From contig NC_045138.2 in the NCBI RefSeq assembly GCF_008831285.2, positions 11,904,001 through 11,968,000 of the forward strand: a stretch of 64,000 nt of DNA, written 5' to 3'. A model generated the notes under the pieces. It made no database searches. It was not told the DNA's origin and was given only the letters and a program-made list of their open reading frames with translations. The stretch comes from Nymphaea colorata. Its lineage: Eukaryota. Made by a program: the position numbers and the translations under genes. Below are positions 9,468-23,742 of the stretch, piece after piece (position 1 is the first letter of the stretch; the number at the start of each line of letters is the position of its first letter).

Positions 9468-12400
9468 CGTCAATTTGAAATTCACTATTATGTTGAGGGA
9501 GGTTGTTTCTGTTGCTAGTGGAAATTCAGACCAGATTAAGGTGACTGATTGTATCAGACAATATTAACCTGCTTTTTCTCTTCGTTGGTGGGGTTTTCTT
9601 ATGTTTATTCTGGAAATCAGATCTGATCACACTAGCAGATCTTATTAAATTTGATCAGTTCTGGTTATTTGAGGAGTGAAAGAAGATGTTGGTTGCTGGT
9701 TGTTAATAATATACGAGTGTGTGTCTCTTGCTTGTGAGTTCTACTGCTTTACATTTGGTGGTTGCACCATTTCTGCTCTAATATATAGATGAGTTTGTTC
9801 AAGTGTTTGTGATCTATGGCTAAAGTTAAAACACACGAAGAGGGCTTCAAGCCTGATGGTATAGCAGAATATAAGGCATTTGCATACCCCTTCTCACATG
9901 ATTTGTCTGTTAAACTAGATGATATCAATTATGAAAAATGGTCATGCACTTTTATGATGTCGGTAGCTAGACATGGAAAAGAAATATATTTCTAAAGAAG
10001 AGCCAAATGAAAGTAGGACAATATGATACATGCAAAGATGACAATAGTATAGTCATGGTCAGGTTTGTGGATAGTATATAGGCGCATATTGCAAATGGCC
10101 TTATCTTCTATACTACATACAACTAAGCAGATGTGGAGGTTCTTACGAGATACTCATATGATAAGAACGTGAGCATGAAGTTTGTGGGTAGAACGGGAGA
10201 TTTTTCAACTCTAGCAAGGAGATCAGAATTAAGCACACTATTTTGCATAGTTGGCTTATGAGAGGTAGAATTCAGTTTGTCCACCTTGTAAGGCACACCA
10301 GAAAACTCACCAGAAGCAGACTATAGTGGCAAATTTCTTATTTGGACTATATCATGAGATTGCAATTGCAAAGGTGCAGATGCTAACTAGTGCTGAGATT
10401 CCTAATCTAGCCGATGCATACAATCGGCTGAGTCGTTATACTGTTACCGTTCTTCAGTCCCAATGATATAACAACTCCCTTACTGCTGCCCTGGTAGTGA
10501 CGGTTGGTCTAGGTCATGGCTTTCCCATGCCTACTCATGGCAGAGGTCATGGCAGAGGTATTGGTGGTTGTGAGAGACTTTAGTGCACATATTGTGGCAA
10601 GCAAGGTTATGGAGAACAGGTGCTGGGACAAACATGGTCGTCCTCCCTCTTATACAGCCTCTTCTAGCAAACCAGTGGCTCAGGCTGCATCTCCTATCAC
10701 CGAGCCTCCTTAGTCTTCCTCACCTACAGGTTCCCTTATGCTTAATGTCAGCCATGATGAATGTGAGCAGCTGCTTGCCTAATGTGCTTCATTTGCATTA
10801 GCTTCTACTCCTATGATTGACCTTGCTTGTTTTGTAGGTACTAAGGTGAAAGATAAATGTATTGTATGGATTGTTGATTCTTGAGTGTCTCGACATTTTT
10901 GTAGTCAGTTCTCACAGATTTTCCACTTTTCACTCATCTCATTTGTTATGACAAGTCAAATTAGCAGATGGATGGCTGTCTCCCATCTTGGTTCAGGGGG
11001 ATTTACAAACTATCCCCTACACTATATGCCTAGCAGTTCTTCGTACCCTAGAGTTTTCTAAACATCTTTTATGTGTGAGCCAACTAACTAAGAAGTTAAA
11101 GGAGGAGTTTATTATCTCTCTTAACTAGTTGGAGTAGCCATATCATTAGTGAATCGAGTTGTAGTCCTTTCTAAAGGTACCTCAGACTTGGTCATCATTC
11201 TCTTCCTAAACTTTGACTTGCCATCCCTTTGATTCCTTCTTCTATGTTCTTTCAATGTGAAGCTTGTTAGCTTGGGAAGTGTTCTCGTAGCTCATTTCCT
11301 TCTAGTAAGAGTCTTTCTAGTGAACATCCATTTGATGTTGTTCATGTTGATGTACGGGGATTTAGTCAGGTTTCCAATCGGTCTTAGTTTAAGTATTATA
11401 CTATTTTTGTTGATCATTTCTCCAGAGTGCCATGATTTTTCTTGTTGAAAGAAAGGTCAGAAGTCTTTTGTATTCTCAAAATGTTTATTCTTGACATAAA
11501 AACTCAATTTGGTTCTATTGTTAAATGTGTTTATACTGAAAATGCCCTAGAATTCAAATATGCTCAGTTACTGTAATTTTGCAAGGACCACAACATCTGC
11601 TCTCAATTTAAATGTGCATGCACATCTCAACAGAGTGGGGTTGCAGAAAGAAAATACTGGCATCTTCTTAATTAGCCACACCATTATGATTCAAAATAAT
11701 GTTCCATCTTATTTTTGAGAGAATGCAATTTCCATAGCTTGTTCCCTGATAAATCAGTCCTCATCCATTGAGAACCAAATATCTCTCCAACTACTTTATC
11801 TGGGTTGCATTTTGTTTAGTCTTACTCCTAAGGTTTTTGTTTGTGTATGTTTTGTGCATATATTGGGACCTAATAAATACAAAAATTTTTGCTCAAACCA
11901 TCAAATGTGTGTTTGGCTACCTCTAGAATCAGAAGGGGTAGAGATGTTTGCTCGTATTTCACAAAAAGAGTATGTTAGTATAGATTTTACATTCTTTGAC
12001 TCATAACCTTGCTTTTCTAGACTTGTGTCTACTATGAATACTAAGGTGTCTTGCCTCACTTCCCTTCATATTTCTCATTTTCCTCCCATGTGGGCACCTC
12101 TGCCGAAGGCGCTCTTATTGTGAGGCTAACTTTCTTGTTTGTGAAGAGAACACGGGAGCGGCTTCGGAGAAGGGTGAAAAGGCTAGGGGGGTTAATTTTT
12201 CTAGTTCCTCTTTGGCGCTTGCAGGGAAAGATGGTGACTTACTTTGTGACGTTAATTCCTTAAGAAACGCGGGAACGACTTCAAGCAGCTATGACATACT
12301 TTTGCATTGTGAGGTTAACCCTTAAGCGTGAAGCGGTTTGGAGCGAAGTGGATGACGCATTGAAAACCCTTGTGATGTTAAGAATGCGAGGTTCGAGGAA

Positions 12401-14459
12401 GACCTAGGTGACTCTAACCTAGGAGACCTAGACTCACTACATCTAAGTGAGGAAGACCTAAGCAACTTCAGCCTAGAAGAAGGTGGGCTCGGCATGGCGA
12501 GGAGCGAAGGACAGCCTAGGACGATCTAGAAGGACTGGGTCGAACCCACTTCATGGATCACATTGCGAAGCTCAGGCGGAACCTGGGTGAGGTGGGGCTT
12601 CGGCCCAAATTCAGACTTTGACTTTCTCTTTGTTTGACTTTTGATTCAAAGACTCGTTTCATTGCTTTTGTACCATTTTCTTCATTTGATTCGGTTTAGT
12701 TGCATTTCATCTCGAGACATTGTAAGAACCGGTTTGACATGTGTATATAAGCCAAAACCGAGGCATTTATCTTATTCTTGCGTAATGAAAAAGTTCTTTT
12801 CTCTCTCTTCGATGTGTGGAGAACCCTTAAGCCTTAGGTCGTGGCTTCCTTGGAAGCAATACACAGAAATACTCACCAAGCCGTGAGATTATTGGAAGTC
12901 TTTCATCCATTAATGGCTGTCGGAAGCCATTAACGAAGAAGAGCAACATCGTACCCTAACAAAGGAGACCTTGGATAGGCAGCCATGCCTTCTCCTTGAA
13001 CACAAAGGATTTGAGAGGCGTCTGCTCTATAGGGTGTTGAAGAAGGTGTCAGCCCGTGGTTTTGGCCCATCATCTTCAACCTTGACATCCGATGAGATCT
13101 CAGCCTAAGCCAAGCCTTCCGACTTCCTAATGCTTGGTAGAGGAGCTCTCGGATTCACCTTGTTCACAACATCAACGTCTCTTCAAGCCTTGCATTCAAG
13201 CTCGTCTTGTCTAACTGGGATTGAATGGGCGGCATCGAGTGAAAAAGAAGGTTCCATTGTGGGTAGCACGAGGAGGAGAAAGGAGCATCCGGTTGATTCC
13301 AAAATCAATCCGCCTAAATCCTGGACTCTCCCTGGGTTGTTTACAATTGGATGAGGCGTTCCATGATCATTCAAAAGATCTGAGACGAGAGGCCAGATTG
13401 TGGACCGCGGAAGGAGAAGAAGAAAGGAAACGGCGGAAAGGAGGAGAAGAAACGCGAAGAAGAGGAGCCTTGCGGTACTCAATTTCTAAAGATAGCGCCA
13501 GAATACATCTCTGATCAGAAAGCGATTGCCGGAGATCCACCAAGAGTTTTAAGGCGTTCCATAGCTTGTTGGAAAGCTCTCGACCTCCTCTCCAACATAC
13601 TAAAATTTCACGGTCATCGGAAGAGGGAAAGGCTGTCAAATCTGCCATGGAAGTCGGCTGTTTCCGTCGGTGCTGCTCAGGCACAGCCGCCGCAGAACCG
13701 CCACTTACAGAGGCTGTTTCCAGTGATTCCCTTGGAGTCTTTAGGCGAGACATATACCGTTGGATTTGTAATTATTTTCAATACAACATATTTAATTTTC
13801 ACGTTAATTGAAAAGGATTTGACCATTCAAACGTCATATGCAAGTTCATTCCTATCGCTGACCTGATCACTGAAATCCATGGATTGAATCAAAGATCTGG
13901 CCAACATTCCGAGCATCTCAGGCCAATTCCGGCCAATCTGGGTTTTTGTTGATGAATTCCCACTCTACCCTTTCTTAGCATTAAATTGAGTATCTTATTA
14001 AATATATTACAATGGCAATTTGGTCCAGATTAGTTCGAGCTAACCCTAGCATCACATTCGAAAGGAAAGTCCAACGCGCCAAAGAAGGAAGTCTTTGTGC
14101 GCCGCATTCACCTTCATCATCTCTTTGGCGACAATTTTGGGGAGGTGATCAGCTGCTAAATCCGTTGAGGACAGGTGTCAGCTCAAGAGGGAAGGTCCCG
14201 ACCCGCCAGCCACCTCATTAGCGACGGAATAGGAAGGCCGCTCGAGGAATTAGGAACTGGCACCAAGTGTCCACGCGCAAAAGGGGAAGGCGATCTCCTT
14301 CCAAATCCATTCCTATTGAATAGGGAAAGAGGGATTCACGTGCCTTCGATGCATTGAACTTGGTCATTTCCAGGAAAGGTAAGAGCTAAGTGGCGCCACA
14401 AGGTGAGGACACGTGAAGGAAGAGATCTCACCATCCTTGTGCGGGATCAACCTTCCTAA

Positions 14460-17400
14460 TTCTTCTCCAACGAATAAAGAAGGAGATCTCCTAGTCGGCA
14501 AGGTGCATTGAACCTAGACAACGTCCATCTAAGGAAAGGGGATTTGGCGACATCTTCGAAGATCAACCTCAGCCGAATTTAGAACACCCCCATCAATCTA
14601 GGAGAGAGTTCTACGTCCACATTTGGGAGCTTCAATCCTTAGCTCGTGTGAGGAAGGGGGCGTCTACCATTGGAGATCTTGAGAAGCCGAGGTGATCAAG
14701 GAGGGAGACGATCGGAATCCGACCAACATCTCTAGCCGCAGCTTCAACCTTCATCGGAAGTAGAGGAAGACATGCATGCTTAGGTGCTTCATATGCTCGC
14801 TTCCCCCTATCTACGACACTTCTTAGGGGTTACTCGATCAACCGGTGAAGTGCAATCACATTCTTGAACTCAATTCTTTATTAGATAAGAACTTGATTGC
14901 TTTACATCTTGCTTCCATCATTACATCATGGAGGATGGTTATGGCTGGTTCGTTATCCAAGTAGAGGTTGTATAAGGTGGAGAAGGAGCATAACCTTGAG
15001 GGAAGCCACAATGTCCGTCGATGCTCTGGCGATCGCATCCCCCATTCATTAAAAAGACTGGGGTTAAATTGGTCTCACGGGTGAAAGCTTTCCTCTACTA
15101 GAAGTTGATTTCTTGTTGACTTCTAAACTTTAATTCTTGTTGGTTTTCCTACTTCATATTGATTCCAACAAGGTGAAAGTGAGGCTTCAACCACTAACCG
15201 TGGGTGTGTTGTTGCCCGAGAGAGAAGGAACCTTGTCCGTCAGGCAAAATTGATGATAGCCTCTCCCAATCGACATGTTGCACTACTCTTGGGGTTGATT
15301 GGCAATCCGGTGAGATAACCACTTTTCTCTTAAAGTTCATTTTTTGATAGAACCATGATATTATTGTCTCTCTTTTGGTTCTATTCAAGAAGGTGCTTGC
15401 TGGCCGGTTCTTGAAGGAAGCAGAATACTGGAGGGCAACCTACTAGTTGCTGGTTTCTCATCTCCGTGAGCACGTGGAGTCCCCAAGCGAGGCCTTGGGA
15501 GGTATAATTCGGTTCACTCTATAGGACCGTGGGCTGGGTGCTTTTGCTTTGAGCCGTCTTCGGATATAGTGATTAGCTAGGGTCCCTCCAAAGCCGCGGG
15601 CTAAGGACATGATTCCCAGATCATTAAGCCTACCTAGGGTTAAGGGTGTGGTTTGGACAAATAGGGATTGTATGACAGGATGGTTTGGTGAATAGAATGT
15701 ATGTTGAGTGAGGAGAGAATTTATGTATGCTATGGTTGTATTAAGCCTACCCAATCATTCTAGTCTTGTAGTAGGTTTAAACCGGGCTTGGGGAAGACTC
15801 ACTTGTACTCTCTTGACCTATCATTAAGCCAAGGTGACTGTCCGGAGGGAACCAAAATTCTGTATTAACATTTAAACCCTATTGGCAACAACCTCCTCAT
15901 AGATCTTGGAGAGGGATCGGCGTCGGCATCTTGAGTTTTCTTGGTCGCATCGGGTCCGGTCCTACCAGTTGGTATCAGAGCTGTGGGAGGACTTCTTGTT
16001 GCTGTTTTGGGCTGCTCGTAGACCGTTGGAGGACAACCGGATTTCAGATTGCTAGCTCGGTCGACGTTGGAGCAAGTCCGGGTAGAGTTGGGGCTGATTC
16101 CGGTCACAGTTTTTCAGCAGATTTGATCCAGCTTATTGGCAGTTTTATTTCAGTTGTTAGCAGCTTTTCTAGCAGATTTGCCGTAGTATTCAGTTCGGCA
16201 TTTAGCAGCCCTTCATTTGGTTCAGTTTTGCTTGTGTGGAGTGGAGATGGCCCCACGAAAGGGTAAAACCGTAGAACCCGAAACCCATGGGGGGAGGGTG
16301 AACAAGTCGTGGTAGAAGAGACTTGTGTAGTGGAACAAGGTGCTTCCTCGGGCACCAACTCCAAGCTGGACCTAGTCCTAAGCCAGCTAGCTGGAATGAC
16401 CCAATCCATTGCCCAATTAGATGGACAGATGAACAAGTTGGAAAAAGGAAAGGATCCACCCCGTTCTCATACTTCTTCCTACTATCGTAGAGGGGCACCC
16501 ATAGGGGCAGTGAGTGAAGCTTTCTTAGACGATGCTAGGAGGGCAAGCCAACATGGCCATGGGGTAGTTCCACCACCATGAGGCCATACCCACATTCCTC
16601 AAACCAGCCTCCTATCGAACGCCAAATTGAACACCCTCAATTGACTAATGGGGCAACTCAACCTGGGGAGCCAATCCATGTCGGGGAGAGAGCTAGGAGA
16701 AACAATGGGCAACCTATACCGGAGGACATAAGGAGATCCTTCATAGAGATGAGGCGGAATCAAGAAAGGCAACACCGTGAGAGGCCAAACCCGAACATGG
16801 GACAACACCATGAGGAACCATGGAGAGATCTCTTGCATAGGTCTATGCATTCCATGACTTTGGTTAATTTTGAAGATGAGTTAGATAGAGGCCGAAACCA
16901 TGCGGAGCCATGGCTCCCTATGCCTAAGATGGATTTCCCTAAGTTTAATGTGAACCGACCACGTGAATGGATCTATAAGGTCAAACAATATTTTGTGTGC
17001 CAAAACATCGTCGAAGGGCAAAAGATCATGTTAGCAAATATGTACTTAGAAGAGGAGGTCATGCAATGGTAATGGTGGTGGGAAGACTTAAATAGGGGCG
17101 CCACTTGGGACCTATTTAAGGAGGACTTGTTGCTACGATTTGGTGACACATCTTTGGTTAACCATTAGATAGAGCTCAAATACCTTCGTCAAACATCTAC
17201 GGTGCAAAAGTACCAACACAAGTTTGAGGCTCTCTCAAGCACGGTAAGAAATAGAGATGAGGAAACAATGATTTCTCACTTCATCGGGGGTCTTGATGAA
17301 AATATCCAAACTGAAACGCTCATGGATCCACCCACGAAGTTAAGGAAATATTTTGCATTAGCACAGAAAGTAGAAGATAAGTTGAGGAAGAAGATGAGGA

Positions 17401-20194
17401 CACCGAGGGCATTGAGGTAGCAAAGGTAGAAGGAGAAGCCGAGCAAGATGAAGAAGGTATTCTTCTCCAACGAATAAGGAAGGGGATCTCCTAGCCGGCT
17501 AGGTGCATTGAACCTAGACAACGTCCATCTAAGGCAAGGGGATTTGGCGACATCTTCGAAGATCAACCTCAGCCGAATTTGAAAGACACCTCCATCAATC
17601 TAGGCGAGAGATCTACGTCCACATTTGGGAGCTTCCATCCTTAGCTCGTGTGAGGAAGGGGGCGTGCACCATTGGAGATCTTGAGAAGCCGAGGTGATCA
17701 AGGAGGAAGACGACCAGAATTCGACCAACATCCCTAGCCAGAGCATCAACCTTCGCCGGAAGTAGAGGAAGACATGCGTGCTTAGGTGCTCCCTAGGCTT
17801 GCTTCCCCCTATCTACGACACTTCCTAGGGGTTACTCGATCAACCGGTGAAGTGCAATCACATTCTTGAACTCAATTCTTTATTAGATAAGAACTTGATT
17901 GCTTTACATCTTGCTTCTATCATTACATCATAGAGGATGGTTATGACTGGTTCGTTATCCAAGTAGAGGTCATGTAAGGTGGAGAAGGAGCGTAACCTTG
18001 AGGGAAGCCTCAACGTCCGCCGATGCTCGGGCGATTGCATCCCCCATTCATTACAAAGACCGGGGTTAAATTGGTCTCACGGGTGAAGGCTTTCCTCTAC
18101 TAAAAGTAGATTTCTTGACTTCTAAACTTTAATTCTTGCTGGTTTTCCTACTTCGTATTGATTCCAGCAAGGTGAACGCGAGGCTTCAACCACTAACTGT
18201 GGGTGTGTTGCTGCCGGGGAGAGAAGGAACCACATCCTTCGGGCGAAATCGACGATAGCCTCCCCCAATCGACACATTGTGCTACTCTTGGGGTTGATTG
18301 AGAATCCGGTGAAGATAACCACTTCTCTCTTAAAGTTCATTCTTTGATAGAACCGTGATATTCTTGTCTCTCTTTTGGTTCTATTCAAGGAGTTGCTAGC
18401 TGGCCGGTTCTTGAAGGAAGCGGAATACTGAAGAGCAACCTACTAGTTGTTGGTTTCTCATCTCCAGTGAGCACGTGGAGTCCCCAAGCGAGGCCTTGGG
18501 AGGTATAATTTGGTTCACCCTATAGAACTGTGGGTTGGGTGCTTTTGCTTTGAGCTGTCTTCAGACATAGTGATTGGCTGGGGTTCCTCCAAAGCCATGG
18601 GCTAAGGACACAATTCCCGGATCACTAAGCCTACCTAGGGTTAAGGGTGTGGTTTGGACGAATAGGGATTGTATGACAGGATGGTTTGGTGAATGGAATG
18701 TATGTTGAGTGAGGATAGAATTTATGTACGCTATGGTTGTATTAAGCCTACCCAATCATTCTAGTCTTGTAGTAGGTTTAAACCGGGCTTGAAGAAGGCT
18801 CACTTGTACTCTCTTGACCTATCATTAAGCCAAGGTGACTGTCCGGCGGGAACCAAAATTCTGTATTAACATTTAAACCCTATTAGTAACAACCTCCTCA
18901 TATATCTTGGAGAGGGATCGGCGTCGGCATCTTGAGTTTTCTTGGTCGCATCGGGTCCGGTCCTACTAGTTGGTATCACAGCTGTGGGAGGACTTCTTGT
19001 TGCTATTTTGGGCTGCTCATAGACCGTTGGAGGACATCCGGATTTCAGATTGCTAGCTCGGTCCACATTGGAGCAAGTTCGGTTAGAGTTGGGGCTGATT
19101 CCGGTCACAGTTTTCCAGCAGATTTGATCCAGTTTATTGGCAGTTTTATTTCAGTTGTTAGCAGCTTTTCTAGCAGATTTGCAGTAGTATTCAGTTTGGC
19201 ATTTAGCAGTCCTTCATTTGGTTCAGTTTTGCTTGTGTGGAGTGGAGATGACCCCACGAAAGGGTAAAACCGTAGAACCCGAAACCCATGAGGGGGAGGG
19301 TGAACAAGTCATGGTAGAAGAGACTTGTGTAGTGGAACAAGGTGCTTCCTCAAGCACCAACTCCAAGCTGGACCTAGTCCTAAGCCAGCTAGCTGGAATG
19401 ACCCAATCCATTGCCCAATTAGATGGACAGATGAACAAGTTGGAAAAAGGAAAGGATCCACCCCGTTCTCATACTTCTTCCTACTATCGTAGAGGGGCAC
19501 CCATAGGGGCGGTGAGTGAAGCTTTCTTAGGCGATGCTAGAAGGGCAAACCAACAAGGCCATGGGGTAGTTCCACCACCACGAGGCCATACCCACATTCC
19601 TCAAAACCAGCCTCCTATCGAACGCCAAATTGAACACCCTCAATTGACTAATGGGGCAACTCAACCCGGGGAGCCAATCCATGTCGGGGAGAGAGCTAGG
19701 AGAAACAATGAGAAACCTACACCGGAGGACATAAAGAGAGCCTTCGTAGAGATGAGGTGGAATCAAGAAAGGCAACACCATGAGAAGCCAAACCCGAACA
19801 TGGGACAACACCATGAGGAACCGAGGAGAGATCTCGAGCATAGGTCTTTCCATTCCATGACTTTGGGTGATTTTGAAGAGGAGTTAGATCATGAGATTGA
19901 TATGCTACAAGGACAAAGAAGAGGCCAGCACCATGCTGGTTTCCACCAAGGATAGAGAGGCCGAAACCATGAGAAGCCACAGCTCCCTATGCCTAAGATG
20001 GATTTCCCTAAGTTTAATGGGAACTGACCACGTGAATGGATCTATAAGGCCGAACAATATTTTGTGTGCCAAAACATCGTCGAAGGGCAAAGGGTCACGT
20101 TAAGAAAGATGTACTTAGACGAGGAGGCCATGCAATGGTATTGGTGGTGGGAAGACTTAAATAGGGGTGCCACTTGGGACCTATTTAAGGAGGA
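14460..20194 (+). repeat. Tandem duplication, period ~3000 bp (14460-17459 and 17460-20194)
   Basis: TTCTTCTCCAACGAATAA at 14460 and 17460; colinear at about 90% by eye; copy 2 has a ~65 bp extra segment near 19890-19955 and is truncated at ~20194. Confidence 0.93.
16247..17420 (+). pseudogene. Gypsy gag, copy 1 (frameshifted, with stops)
   Basis: MAPRKG start; retrotransposon gag motifs MPKMDFPKF, LRQTSTVQKYQHKFE, ISHFIGGL. Confidence 0.85.
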
Positions 20195-20195
20195 A
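19248..20195 (+). pseudogene. Gypsy gag, copy 2 (3' truncated)
   Basis: ORF 19218-19955 plus the frameshifted continuation CQNIVEGQ..AMQWYWWWE..ATWDLFKEE. Confidence 0.85.
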
Positions 20196-21983
20196 GTGCA
20201 TTTCCTATATCCTTCCTTTAGTCCCTTTGCAGCCACACACTCAATGCCATATAACCTCTATTGGTACCCTCATGGTCTCATCATCATCTCCCTCTCAAGA
20301 GGTAAGTATTCTTGATATCCTAATGAGCCTCTTGTTGATCCTGTTATTCTTGGCAGCTCTACAGATTCCCTGTAGTGGAAAATGATTTGCCCTTCTGTTG
20401 AAAGGAAACAGGTAGTGTACTTTACATTCTATTTCTACAATCACCTTCGCAAATAGACTTGGCATGCATATGTGAGCTTTATGTCAGCCTTGTCTACTGT
20501 TCCCATTCCCTAGAATCACCAAGAAGCTCTTCTGAATCTATACAAGAAGGAACATATGCTTTGATATCTTGTAAAACTTAGGAACTTGTTGATTCTCTCT
20601 TGGGAGCGACATTATGGTTGGAACTGGGAGTTCACAATCAAATATCATTTTGATGGCTCGGTGAAGAGGTACAAGACTCGACTAGTGGCAAAGGAATACA
20701 AACAAACATATGGGGTTGATTTCTTTGGAACCTTTTCTCTTGTTGCAAGGCTGGACACTATCAAACTTATTACTTTAGTGGTAGTTCATTATGGATGGAA
20801 CATGTCCCAACTGGATGTTAAAAATGTCTTTTTGTATGGTAACCTTTATGGGACTATTTACATGCAGCAACCACATGGGGCTAAAGGATAAGGGGAGTGT
20901 GGAAAGGTATGTGATATATATTATGGCCTGAAATAGAGTCCGTGCTTGGTTTCATAAATTGTGTGAGGTTATGTTTGTGTTAGGCTTCCATAGGTCTCCC
21001 TCAAACCATTCGTTCATATAAAGATCACTTTCAAGGGCATAGTAGTCATGGTAGTTTACATAGATATTATTTTAACAGGAGATGGTGAGTAGAAAAATTT
21101 CAAACACTAAGGCGTATCTGCAGAAAAATTTTGTGACCAAAGATCTTGGACATCTTAGATATTTTATGGAGATAAAAGTTGCTATGAGTGATGAAGGGGT
21201 TGTGCGCTCACAGAGAAAATATGTTCTTGATTTATTGTAGGAAACGTGGATGTTAGGTGATGAACCAGTTAAAATTCCAGCGAATCCCAAATTATATCTT
21301 CATGACGATCAATATGAACCAGTGGACAACAAATCCTATAGACCGTTGATTGGAAAACTCCTTTACACTGACAAGGCTTGATATATCCCTTGTTGTGAGT
21401 CTGTTTATTGACAAGTCTAAAAATGTGCACTAGGATGCAGCGACGATGGTTCTCAAATAGCTTAAGTGTCTCTTGGCAAAGATTTACTATTTAAAAGACG
21501 AACACCTATGTACATAGAGACTTATACAGATGCTGACTATGTAAGGTGGATGCTAGGAAGTCCAACACTTGTTTTTGTGATTTTGTTTTGATCTCTTGGG
21601 GGAGTAAAAAACAAGTTGTAGTTTCTGGATTTAGTGCTGATTCAAATTATAGGGCTATGGCTTAGATCAACACAAGATGATGTGGATAAAATCCATGATC
21701 ACTTGTTTGGGGGTTTCCATTGATGTTCTCATGAAGATGAGGTGTGATAATAAGACTGTTACTATATTACTAACAACCCAATATTTGATCAGAGAACTAA
21801 GCACATAGAAGTTTACTGTCACTACGTTCGAGACATAATGCAACAATGAGTTATATCTACAGTCATTTGTCCTCATATGATCAAGTGGTTCATGTCCTTA
21901 CAAAGCCACTTCCCGTTGTTGATTTTGTAGGTTTTATAACAAATTGAGCATGATCAATATCTATGCTCCAACTTGATAGGGAG

Positions 21984-22148
21984 CGTTAAGAGTCATTAGT
22001 TTAATGTGAGGTGGCCCTTAGTAATTTAGTAAAAGGCATAGCAAGTTCTTTTTATTATTTAATATTTCTTATTGGACTTATCTTGTAAATATGTCATCCA
22101 ACCCTAATCCTTTATAATCATGGGGTTGAGCTAATGAGATTGTGACTT
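21984..22148 (+). repeat. 3' LTR of copia element 2 (truncated)
   Basis: Follows the RNase H end and PPT; CGTTAAGAG.. homologous to 8699. Confidence 0.7.
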
Positions 22149-23559
22149 TGCATTAAGGAATCATGTTGGCAGGTACCATGATTTTGGAGTTCAACTTGTA
22201 TGCGCATATTTCATTGTGGTGGCAAGCAGCCATCAATAGGAAAGATCGTACGGAAAAAGGATATCAGACATATGGATTCTATGGTGGGATTAGGAAGTTG
22301 CAGAGAAAGGAAGAAATATCCACTTGGAAGCAATAACAGCATTTACAAAGGAGAACATTATATCAATTTGCATGTGATTTTAAAATTATTTATTTCATTT
22401 GGTGCCCAAGTGGCCTACAAACTTGTACTTAGGTCTCTCTGTTCTTTTTTGGGTTACACTTCAGATTTGTATGTCCTGTATTAATAAAATTGAAGATTCC
22501 AGGTGGCTGATGTAAGTATTATCATTGGTGATCAAAGAGTCAATTGAAGGTTCAGTTAGAATAAGATATATGTGTCGACAGCTCTTGTAAAGTCTACTAG
22601 AGGAATACCTCTTGTCATGTTGCAAAAATTATTGTCAAAATGTCCAAGTTTGTGTGAACATGTTGCATTTGCTAGCTAAGGAAAACATGTTGGATCGTCT
22701 TGTGATCATGCCAACCTCAATTGCACTGAATGACATTTGCCGAGTCCAAAAACACACAAAATGAGGGACCACGTCTTTCTGCAATTTTCTGTCATTCATG
22801 ATGTCGGTCTGGATCTATTTGGAGATCATCCAAGCAAGCTTGTATAGTTGCAATTCATATAGCTGAAAATTAATTAAGCAGTAAAACTTTCTATAATTCT
22901 CCTGCCCATTATACATGAAGAGAACTTGAATGATGACATATGGTAATATGAGAAATCTCCTTTCTAGTAATAGAGGGTCATATGATGCAAAAGATGTTTG
23001 AAAGGAAATTTACATGCTAAAGTACATCAATTTAAGGAGTAGAGTTTTCTTAATATCTAGTGAAACTCTATTATTTCTATTGGTTCCCGCTTTCTCCCAT
23101 CCATACGTAAGCTACAAGCTGCCCATTTCCATGAGTCAAGCTTCTTATGATTTTGCATATAGTTTTAAGAAACTCTTGGATGCAGAGGGAATCAAATAAA
23201 AATGATGGCAATGAGGTCATTACTAATTATCAGTAGCATGAAACAACATTACAAAACACAACAAATGGCAAGGTCCTTCATATGCAACTTGTTTGAGTAG
23301 TTCCTGGTATACACTTTTCTACTCTGGAAATGGCTCATTATTTGCAACTTTAGTTGATCTTGAAGTTCAAGGCTAGATGTGTCCTCCTATAGATACAAAT
23401 TGTTTACTGAACATGTAAAATTTTCTTGTGGCATATGTAACCCCAACTGAAAAGGAATGGAAATTAGCAAGCAAAACAATACATATTCACATCGCCATGA
23501 CTACAAAATACACTTATTTTCTATTGTTTGAGAGATCTATAGTGTATTATTATTCAGGT

Positions 23560-23742
23560 TGTTGAAGTTGAAGTAGTTTTTAGAATATTAAAGAACTTGA
23601 CAGTTCTTTAATTATTTTCAATAACTTTTTGTTTACATTGTAATTTTGTTTTTACCCTAATTCTCCCTTAAGTAAGGGTTACGGTAAGTGATCAATAACA
23701 AGTTGGACGTGTTTTTTTCTCTCTCTTTCTCTCACGAAAACA
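23560..23742 (+). repeat. 5' LTR of copia element 3
   Basis: TGTTGAAG...GAAAACA. Confidence 0.96.

Larger units (their letters stand above)
12089..20195 (+). mobile_element. Ty3/gypsy (chromovirus-like) LTR+gag insertion, arranged LTR-PBS-gag-partial LTR-PBS-gag, no pol
   Basis: LTR 3' ends at 15967 (CCTACCA) and 18968, each followed by an iMet PBS (15970-15981, 18971-18982) and gag (PKMDFPKFN..PREWIYK..QYF). Left boundary TGTGGG at 12089 is approximate, and 12089-~12810 may be a separate LTR fragment. No clean TSD. Confidence 0.8.
8699..22148 (+). mobile_element. Old Ty1/copia element (Ale/Retrofit-like), interrupted by a gypsy-derived insertion at ~12089-20195
   Basis: Short diverged LTRs (8699-8896 and 21984-~22148, the 3' copy truncated); degenerate PBS CGGTATTGTAGC; gag/protease/integrase remnants 9815-12010; RT/RNase H remnants 20380-21975 (RYKTRLVAK, QLDVKNVFLYG); PPT GATAGGGAG. 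Gag aligns with the element at 23560. Confidence 0.85.

Noticed and set aside
15194..15754. Antisense ORFs in the gypsy LTR repeated at 18122-18755
   Set aside because: Repeated only because of the duplication; frames and stops differ between the copies.
22165..22380. Possible CACTA TnpA exon (IGKIVR..W..V motif), and an exon-like piece at 30079-30252
   Set aside because: Similarity too weak to support without a profile search.
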